Part shown: positions 43,990-50,634 of the stretch, one piece after another | Layout of the letters: the number at the start of each line of letters is the position of its first letter | Position numbering within the stretch: position 1 is the stretch's first letter | Source of the DNA: Eubacteriales bacterium | Lineage (GTDB): Bacteria > Bacillota > Clostridia > Oscillospirales > CAG-272 | Direction: 5' to 3' | Assembly (NCBI GenBank): GCA_045652665.1 | Contig: JAZRUS010000003.1 | Location: 1 to 58,653, forward strand | DNA length: 58,653 nucleotides | Translations under genes and position numbers: made by a program | The notes under the pieces: model-generated | The model's input: the letters and a program-made list of their open reading frames with translations, nothing else | Told to the model about the DNA's origin: nothing | The model's database searches: none

Positions 43990-46092
43990 ATGAAAAGAGT
44001 ACTTACGATTTTAGTCATTTTTTGCCTTCTGAGCACGGCTCTTTCCGGTGTGATTTCTGCTGAGGCGGCAACCGAGCGTACAGAAGGAGAGCTTGTTTCT
44101 TACTCATCGGGCGGCTCGGTTAAAAGCCTTACCGGTTATACCGAGCCCGAATATTACGGCAGGGCGGCTCTTTCGGCTCTCACCGGTTCCGCAAAGCTGC
44201 TTTACGCGTACGACAAGATCTCCGAGGGCGTTGAGACGTCCATAGCGGAGATATCGGTGTATAACGGAACAGACGCGCTTACTCAAGACGAGCTTACGAC
44301 GGTAATGGATGCGTACAGGCGCGACCGCGCCGACCATTTCTGGCTCGGAACCACCTACGGCATATCCTACAACGCGCAAACCGTGCTTTCAATATCCCCC
44401 GTATATACGCTTTCCGGAAATGAGCTGACAGAGGCTAAGAGTGCCTTTGATGCGGCGATTGAGAATGCCGTGTCCGTACTTGACGGCACGGAGGATGAAT
44501 TCACGCGCGAGCTGATCCTACACGATATGCTCGCCTCGACAGTTACCTACACCGAGGGGGTGCACGCGCATGACGCTTACGGCGCGCTCGTGCTTGGAGA
44601 GGCTGTGTGCGAGGGATATGCAGAGGCGCTTCAATGTCTTTTGCGTACGGTAGGTATACAGTCCTTCCTCGCTATGGGACAGAGCTATAACCCCACGACC
44701 CACGCGACGGAAAATCACGCATGGAACTACGTTAGGATCGACGGCAAATACTATCAGACAGACCTTACGTGGAATGATCAGGATTCATATACCTTCCACG
44801 CGTATTTCAATATGAGCGACGCGAGAATTCTCACCGACCACATTCTCTCAAGCACCGCCTACACACTACCCGTGTGCGATTCTATGGAGAAAAACTACTT
44901 TACAGTAAAGGGCGGTGCGCTCGACGGATATACCGTCAGCAGTGTTGGGTCCCGGCTTTCGGAAAATTCGATGACGGCAAGCTTCTTTGCCTCTGATGCC
45001 GCGGCGGCGGAGAACTTCTCCGCGTGGGTAGCGGATAATATAAGCGCTATCGCATCAAGTGCGGGTATTACGTCGTCCTTCTCATATTTAAGGACGATGC
45101 TGGGCGCTGAGGTTCTCGTCGCTATCGATTATTGCCCGCATACCGACCTTACGCACGTGCCTGCAGCCGGCGCATCCTGTACCGCTTCGGGCAACACCGA
45201 ATACTACGTTTGCGCTTGCGGCTTGTGGTTTGACGACGCTCTCGCAACGGTGAAAACCAATGAATATGTGGTCAGAATACCAAAGACCGGTCACTCGTTT
45301 ACCGAAATGAATGAGGCAGCCGAGTACCTTAAGGAAAATGGCAATTGCATGAATGGGAGCACATATTGGTACGGTTGCTCGAGTTGCGACGCAATAAGCG
45401 ACTCCGATTTTTACACCGGTCTTGAGATGGGCGAACATAGCTTCTCCGGTACACCGATAAAGGGCGGCGCGGAAGGACATCACCTCTCGTGCCTGATATG
45501 CGGTGAATCGGATATAACCGTTCCGCACGTTCCGAATATTCCCGCTGCTACCGAGACAGAGGCGCAGATATGCACCGAGTGCGCGTATATTATAGCTCCC
45601 GCGCTAAACCACACCGAGCATACCCCCGGAACCGTATACACGTATGACGGCACGTTACATTGGCTTACCTGCACCGGATGCGAGACGGAGAAGTTCACCG
45701 AGGAAGCTCACAGCTATGGCTTCCCTTGCGATAGCACCTGCAACGTTTGCGGTGCGGTGAGGGTTGTAGGTCATACCTACGGTGCCGATGTGTTCAAGGA
45801 TTATACGGGACACTGGAATGAGTGCGAATGCGGTGAGCGAGCAAACTTCGTTCCTCATTCGGACGGGGGAGGAGACGGAAGATGCGACATTTGTGAGCAG
45901 TCCTTCACTGCGGCAAACGATCCGTCAGCCGTTCTCAAATCCGAGCTTAAGAAGCTGTTTTCCGACACGGATATGCCGTCTGGCGCCGTTTGGACTCTGA
46001 TTATAACGCTTGCGGGAGGTGCCGCCGTAATTGCGGTGACCGCCATCCTTTCTAAGATTCTGACCCGACGTTCATCTGAATCGGACGATTAA
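43990..46092 (+). CDS. secreted transglutaminase-like cysteine protease-fold protein with Cys/His-rich repeats and C-terminal TM anchor
   Basis: A signal peptide is present. The core is GEAVCEGYAEALQCLL ... ENHAWNYVRIDGKYYQTDLTWND (Cys-His-Asp). About 7 H...C..C modules follow, and the C-terminus carries the TM segment WTLIITLAGGAAVIAVTAIL. Confidence 0.75.
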   Translation: MKRVLTILVIFCLLSTALSGVISAEAATERTEGELVSYSSGGSVKSLTGYTEPEYYGRAALSALTGSAKLLYAYDKISEGVETSIAEISVYNGTDALTQDELTTVMDAYRRDRADHFWLGTTYGISYNAQTVLSISPVYTLSGNELTEAKSAFDAAIENAVSVLDGTEDEFTRELILHDMLASTVTYTEGVHAHDAYGALVLGEAVCEGYAEALQCLLRTVGIQSFLAMGQSYNPTTHATENHAWNYVRIDGKYYQTDLTWNDQDSYTFHAYFNMSDARILTDHILSSTAYTLPVCDSMEKNYFTVKGGALDGYTVSSVGSRLSENSMTASFFASDAAAAENFSAWVADNISAIASSAGITSSFSYLRTMLGAEVLVAIDYCPHTDLTHVPAAGASCTASGNTEYYVCACGLWFDDALATVKTNEYVVRIPKTGHSFTEMNEAAEYLKENGNCMNGSTYWYGCSSCDAISDSDFYTGLEMGEHSFSGTPIKGGAEGHHLSCLICGESDITVPHVPNIPAATETEAQICTECAYIIAPALNHTEHTPGTVYTYDGTLHWLTCTGCETEKFTEEAHSYGFPCDSTCNVCGAVRVVGHTYGADVFKDYTGHWNECECGERANFVPHSDGGGDGRCDICEQSFTAANDPSAVLKSELKKLFSDTDMPSGAVWTLIITLAGGAAVIAVTAILSKILTRRSSESDD

Positions 46093-46104
46093 CAAAGCGT
46101 AAAA

Positions 46105-46140
46105 AATCCCTTAGCCAAATTTTGAGCTAGGGGATTTTCT
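46105..46140 (+). terminator. rho-independent terminator of the envelope cluster
   Basis: AATCCCTTAGC-loop-GCTAGGGGATT followed by TTTCT. Confidence 0.65.
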
Positions 46141-46205
46141 CGTAATCCTAGAGCTGTAGACCGGTGTGGTTTAAGCAAAAATAAAACTCATTTTTCTCAA
46201 ATCTA

Positions 46206-46234
46206 TTGACAAACCTCACACATTTTGATATAAT
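46206..46234 (+). promoter_or_regulatory. promoter in front of the first (decayed) tRNA-Pro unit
   Basis: TTGACA (46206-46211), a 17-nt spacer, then TATAAT (46229-46234). Confidence 0.65.
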
Positions 46235-46278
46235 AACTAAGCGATGCGGGTTTTAATCCCGTATAATAATATCGGTTA

Positions 46279-46345
46279 CGAGGTGTAGCGCAGTTGGTAG
46301 CGCGCCAGTTTCGGGTACTTGTGGTCTCTTGTTCAACCAAGCAAA
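46279..46345 (+). pseudogene. tRNA-Pro pseudogene 1 (perfect 41-nt 5' half, unrelated 3' half)
   Basis: 46279-46319 is identical to 46666-46706. After the anticodon loop the sequence diverges (TGTGGTCTCTTGTTCAACCAAGC), and neither the anticodon stem nor the acceptor stem can pair. Confidence 0.8.
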
Positions 46346-46471
46346 CACATAAACGCTGAAACACCTTGAAAACACTAGACTTTTTGCACTTTACACCCGA
46401 TGCAAAATCCCCTAAAAAGTGGCTTTGACCACATAACTGACCACAACAAAATTCAATAGTTTTTTATGTTT

Positions 46472-46530
46472 CGAGGCGTAGCGAAGGTGGTATCGCGCCA
46501 GTTTCGGGTGCAAACCACCGATTTCAAATC
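46472..46530 (+). pseudogene. tRNA-Pro pseudogene 2 (35/41 identical 5' half, decayed 3' half)
   Basis: CGAGGCGTAGCGAAGGTGGTATCGCGCCAGTTTCGGGTGC. The D-stem differences are compensatory (C13:G22 becomes A13:T22). The 3' part retains only a T-loop-like GATTTCAAATC. Confidence 0.75.
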
Positions 46531-46665
46531 TAAAATTTTGAAAAACGCTGAAACCCCTTGAAAACACTGACTTTTTCGGCTCTCCCGAAGTCTTAAAAGT
46601 TCGCAAATTTTCGGTCTGACCACATGTTTGACCACTTACAGAAAATCGCATAAAAATCATCAAAT

Positions 46666-46741
46666 CGAGGTGTAGCGCAGTTGGTAGCGCGCCAGTTTCG
46701 GGTACTGGAGGCCGCGAGTTCGAGTCCCGCCACTTCGACCA
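46666..46741 (+). tRNA. tRNA-Pro (anticodon CGG), CCA encoded
   Basis: Acceptor CGAGGTG/CACTTCG, D arm GCGC-AGTTGGTA-GCGC, anticodon stem CCAGT/ACTGG with loop TTCGGGT, T loop TTCGAGT, then A-CCA. Confidence 0.9.
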
Positions 46742-46750
46742 AAAAACAGC

Positions 46751-46788
46751 CGAAAACAAGCCATTTTTGACTTGTTTTCGTCTTTTTT
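46751..46788 (+). terminator. rho-independent terminator after tRNA-Pro
   Basis: CGAAAACAAG-10 nt-CTTGTTTTCG followed by TCTTTTTT. Confidence 0.8.
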
Positions 46789-46920
46789 CTATACATTTTG
46801 TACAAATTTGACGATTTTGGGGTGACCACATGTTTGCCCTAATTTCGAACATTTGATTGTTGTTTCCCGGCGATTATTTCGTTCGTTTCAGAAAATTCCT
46901 TTTCTTTGTCTTTTGCGACT

Positions 46921-46974
46921 CAAATTTTGAAGGCTGGCGGTTATTTTCCGTCAGCCTTTTGTGTTTGTATTCTC
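46921..46974 (+). repeat. best-conserved block of the left flanking repeat
   Basis: CAAATTTTGAAGGCTGGCGGTTATTTTCCGTCAGCC... The first 36 nt match 57665-57700 at 33 of 36 positions, and the block contains a 9-bp-stem hairpin. Confidence 0.75.
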
Positions 46975-47004
46975 ACTGATAAATTGGAATTTGTTTGATT
47001 CAGA

Positions 47005-47214
47005 TTATTTGCCTTTTTTCTTTGCAATGTGTGAAACGATGGAACAAACAATTATTCCAATCACGAATGGGATAGCAAAAAGTAGTCCTACATCCCAAGG
47101 TGCGCTATTACCGGGTGCATATCGAAGAACTGTGCAGTTATAGGTTACCACAACGCACATAATGTTTGTAAGTAATATTGCAAGTGCTGCAAATATCGTT
47201 GATAACTTTTTCAT
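47005..47214 (-). CDS. small membrane protein (69 aa, 2 TM)
   Basis: Two hydrophobic segments and a Lys-rich C-terminus. It lies 9 nt downstream of the XRE-TM gene. Confidence 0.5.
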   Translation of the reverse strand: MKKLSTIFAALAILLTNIMCVVVTYNCTVLRYAPGNSAPWDVGLLFAIPFVIGIIVCSIVSHIAKKKGK

Positions 47215-47223
47215 TGAAACCTC

Positions 47224-47685
47224 CTACTTATGTTTCATTGTTTTGATAAGTATTATAGCTCCAAAGACCACAAACAACACCGATACCAGCATTGCTATAA
47301 ATGTGCCATCAATGACTATCATAGATGACTGTGCTATTTTGTCAGCGGTTTCAGAACTAAATACCGAAATAGCACCAAACACGATTAGCGAAACGCATCC
47401 TAAAAGCGAAATCACAAGACCTAATATACCAAGAAGTTTTTTGTTTCCATTGATCTTCTCGGCAAGCTGCACGCTTGTTGGTTCTTCAATATCTTCTTTA
47501 ACGAGATAGTCTATACTGACACCGAAAAGTTCGCTGTATTTTTGTAGCATTTCGGCATCAGGGGATGTCGTTCCGTTTTCCCACTTTGAAATCACTTGTC
47601 TTGAACAATTCAGCTTCTCGGCAAGAGCTTCTTGGGATAATCCTTGTTTACGGCGCAAGTTATAAAGTTTTTCCGACAGCGTCAT
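47224..47685 (-). CDS. membrane-anchored XRE-family HTH protein
   Basis: The N-terminus is LYNLRRKQGLSQEALAEKLNCSRQVISKWENGTTSP. The C-terminal half has two TM segments. Confidence 0.75.
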   Translation of the reverse strand: MTLSEKLYNLRRKQGLSQEALAEKLNCSRQVISKWENGTTSPDAEMLQKYSELFGVSIDYLVKEDIEEPTSVQLAEKINGNKKLLGILGLVISLLGCVSLIVFGAISVFSSETADKIAQSSMIVIDGTFIAMLVSVLFVVFGAIILIKTMKHK

Positions 47686-47908
47686 AAGTACCTCCTTACG
47701 CCATTAGTTTAACAGCTTTGCCTTTGATTGTCTATACACGACCGTAGGCAATTCCGCAACGAGCGTTAACATTTATAGTTTTCGTCAAATTCTTATTTAT
47801 AGATGAGTTTATTATATCATATTTCTATGAACTTTTCAACCGATTTGGCTTTTCTTTGCTTTATCCGACGCAACTGTTGAGGGGTGACTGTCCTTGTCAC
47901 CCCTTTAC

Positions 47909-49345
47909 TTATGCCTTCTTTGCCTTTTTCTTCATCTCTGCTATTTCAGCTTTCTTCTTTTCTATCATCTCTGCGAGGAGCTTTTCACATTCGTCTCTCG
48001 TCTTTGCGTAGACGTTGAATTTCTTTCTCTTGCCATCGGGGAGTCTTGGGAAGAAGCTTCCTTCCCACAGCGTGTCGTTTATCTGATACACGCATCCAGT
48101 GCCGCTCTTGCGTATCTTCGGCACGTACGGCTCGAATTTTTCGTCCTCGTCGCTCGTTTGTGTTATCCTCGGCTCATCCTTTGCTTCGGGCATCGGAGCG
48201 TCTGTACCGCCTATTTTGCGGTCTATCTTTACCGAGGCTTGTGCTCTCATCGTATCGGTTATATGCGAATATATGTTGAGTGTGGTTCCCGCGCTTATGT
48301 GTCCTATCATATCGGATAGAGTTTTCACGTCCATACCGTTTTCGAGTGCCATCGTTGCGAAGGTGTGTCGCAGATCGTGGAATCTAATGTCCTTGCAACC
48401 CGACCTTTCAAGTATCAGCTTGAAGCGTTTAAGGACTGCTGTCGGGTTTCTCGGTTCACCTATCTTTACGGGTGACGGGAATATCCACTCGCACGTTTTA
48501 TTCTTTTTCATTTCGCTTAGCAGTTCAAGCATATACGGAGGAAGCACTATTGCTCTCGTCGAGGTTTTCGTCTTTGGCGATTGTACTATGATTTCTGAGC
48601 CGGCTGCTACGACCTGCCTGGATATCTTTAAGACTCCGCTTTGTAGGTTGAGGTCGCTCCACTTGAGACCTAGTAGCTCACCTCTACGCATACCCGTGGA
48701 TAATTCGAGAAGGAACATTTCGTAGTATCCTTCCTCTTTGGCTCTTGCAAGAAATCTTCCAATCTCATTTGAGGTCAGCACCTTCATCTCTCGGCTTTTC
48801 TTGGGCGGTAGCTTACAACTGGTCGAGGGATCTCTCGTTATCAGCTTCTCGATGATTGCTTTTTCGAGTGCTGATCTTATTCTCGCGTGGCAACTTCTCA
48901 CCATTCTGTCGGATAGTTCTTTGCCGAGCAGGTCTGCGTATTGAAGTCTGCCGCCTTTCTTTAGTCTTGCGTAGAACTGTTGCAGGTCGTTCTGTGCGAG
49001 TTTATTAAGCGGTATATGACCGATTGAAGGGATAATGTGCTGGTATATCAAGGTTTCGTAGCTCGCCTTGGTTGTTTCCCTCAGTGCAGGTTTGCAGAAG
49101 TTCTGATACCAGAAGTCCATCCAATCACCGAATGGCATGTCCGGTTTCATCTTCTCTGCGACTCTGCCAAGCGTTTCTTTAAGTGCCTTTAGCTTTTCCT
49201 CGCACTCAAATTTTGTCTTTGCGGTTACGCTTTTGGTTTTGGGATCGCCTTTGTCATCATAGCCTACAACGATTCTGCCTTCCCATCGACCGTCTACTCT
49301 TTGTCGGAGAGTTCCGTCTCCTTGCTTTCGTTTGTTATTTGCCAT
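47909..49345 (-). CDS. tyrosine integrase with arm-binding-like domains at both termini
   Basis: The N-terminus is GDGTLRQRVDGRWEGRIVVGYDDKGDPKTKSVTAKTKFECEEKLKAL. The catalytic signatures are TGMRRGELLGL, HDLRHTFAT and IGHISAGTTLNIYSH. The C-terminal extension GCVYQINDTLWEGSFFPRLPDGKRKKFNVYAKTRDECEKLLAEMI repeats the N-terminal pattern. Confidence 0.88.
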   Translation of the reverse strand: MANNKRKQGDGTLRQRVDGRWEGRIVVGYDDKGDPKTKSVTAKTKFECEEKLKALKETLGRVAEKMKPDMPFGDWMDFWYQNFCKPALRETTKASYETLIYQHIIPSIGHIPLNKLAQNDLQQFYARLKKGGRLQYADLLGKELSDRMVRSCHARIRSALEKAIIEKLITRDPSTSCKLPPKKSREMKVLTSNEIGRFLARAKEEGYYEMFLLELSTGMRRGELLGLKWSDLNLQSGVLKISRQVVAAGSEIIVQSPKTKTSTRAIVLPPYMLELLSEMKKNKTCEWIFPSPVKIGEPRNPTAVLKRFKLILERSGCKDIRFHDLRHTFATMALENGMDVKTLSDMIGHISAGTTLNIYSHITDTMRAQASVKIDRKIGGTDAPMPEAKDEPRITQTSDEDEKFEPYVPKIRKSGTGCVYQINDTLWEGSFFPRLPDGKRKKFNVYAKTRDECEKLLAEMIEKKKAEIAEMKKKAKKA

Positions 49346-50513
49346 CTGTTTCTCCTTTTATTAAGAATTGCTGCATCATATTATTTACTACGGCTGATGC
49401 GTTTCTTTGCATATCGCCCGTAACGTGTGTGTAGGTGTCGAGTGTGAAGCTTGCATCTGTGTGACCAAGTATTCCAGCCAAGGTCTTTGCATCAACACCC
49501 CCTTGCATCGCTTGAGTTGCGAAGGTGTGTCTTAGGTCGTGGAATCTTATCAGCGGAAGCTCTGCGTTCTTCAGTAGAGTTTTCAACTTTCCGTATGCTG
49601 AATCGGGATGCAAGGGATCGGACGGGTTTGTGTAGTGTGGAAACACCCACTCGCATATTGCATCGACTTTCTTCTCTCGAAGCAGGGTTAGCACGCTTGG
49701 AGGAAGGATTATCGTTCTCTCGCTGGTGGTTGTTTTTGTTTCTCCTATGCTGACTCCACCGCCTTTCTTACTCGTTACAGTCCGTCTTATGCTAAGCGTA
49801 CCCGCGCCAAAGTCTATGTCGCTCCACTTGATTCCGCATATCTCACCTCGTCTCATACCCGTCATAATCTCGAGGTAGAAGAAGTCGTACCAATATTTAT
49901 CTACCTTGATTGCTTCCATAAATCTTTCAAGCTGACTGTCGCAGAGAACTTGCTTTTCGGTATACGTCTTTTTCGGTATCGTAGTACCTATCGTAGGATT
50001 GCGTACTATGAGTCTTTCTCTCACCGCAACGTTTAACGCTTGGTGCAGTACCATATGCACCTTACGAACCATACTGTTCGACAATTCTTTGCCGTGGAAA
50101 TGATGCTCATTCACTCGTCCTTGTCGTTTTATCTTATTATAGAATTTCTGCATATCTGCGGTTGTGAGAGATGCGAGTCGCTTGTCACCTATATGAGGTT
50201 TTATTTGATGGTCTATAAGATTTCTGTATCCGTTGATACTGCTTTCTCTGAGTGTGAACAACATATACTCGTCGAGCCATTTATCCATCCACTCACCGAG
50301 TGTCATTCGGCATTCTTCGGAGAGGTTAACGTCGCGGTACAGATCTATAAGCTGGTGCAGTTCCTTCAGAGCACTTTTCTGCGTTTTAGCGAATGCCGAT
50401 TTATACATGGGTGTACCGTCGTTCTTGTGTCCTATAATTATTCGTGCTTCCCATCGTCCGTCACTTCGCTTTCTTATAGTGCCGTCACCTTGCGGTCTTC
50501 GTTTGTTTGCCAT
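49335..50513 (-). CDS. tyrosine integrase (second, upstream copy)
   Basis: Starting at MANKRRPQGDGTIRKRSDGRWEARIIIGHKNDGTP. The signatures TGMRRGEICGI, HDLRHTFAT and LGHTDASFTLDTYTH are present. The ATG at 50513 lies behind AAGGAG. The stop overlaps the next integrase gene by 11 nt. Confidence 0.88.
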   Translation of the reverse strand: MANKRRPQGDGTIRKRSDGRWEARIIIGHKNDGTPMYKSAFAKTQKSALKELHQLIDLYRDVNLSEECRMTLGEWMDKWLDEYMLFTLRESSINGYRNLIDHQIKPHIGDKRLASLTTADMQKFYNKIKRQGRVNEHHFHGKELSNSMVRKVHMVLHQALNVAVRERLIVRNPTIGTTIPKKTYTEKQVLCDSQLERFMEAIKVDKYWYDFFYLEIMTGMRRGEICGIKWSDIDFGAGTLSIRRTVTSKKGGGVSIGETKTTTSERTIILPPSVLTLLREKKVDAICEWVFPHYTNPSDPLHPDSAYGKLKTLLKNAELPLIRFHDLRHTFATQAMQGGVDAKTLAGILGHTDASFTLDTYTHVTGDMQRNASAVVNNMMQQFLIKGETDGK

Positions 50514-50634
50514 ATTTTGAGCTCCTTTCTTTACATTTTCTTGTGTTTTTCTCTGCGTACCACAACGATACCACATGTTCGAGTACATATCCAGACCAAG
50601 TCCGAATAGTTATCAATTTATTATCAATTAGCAA

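Noticed and set aside
46279-46741. Regularly spaced repeats that could be mistaken for a CRISPR array
   Set aside because: The period is 193-194 bp and the repeated unit is a tRNA-Pro 5' half plus flanks. There are no 25-40-bp repeats with similar-sized unique spacers, and no cas genes occur anywhere in the window.
46412-46852. 146-aa minus-strand ORF, plus 46453-46635 and 46593-46829
   Set aside because: They run antisense through tRNA-Pro, its pseudogene copy and terminators.
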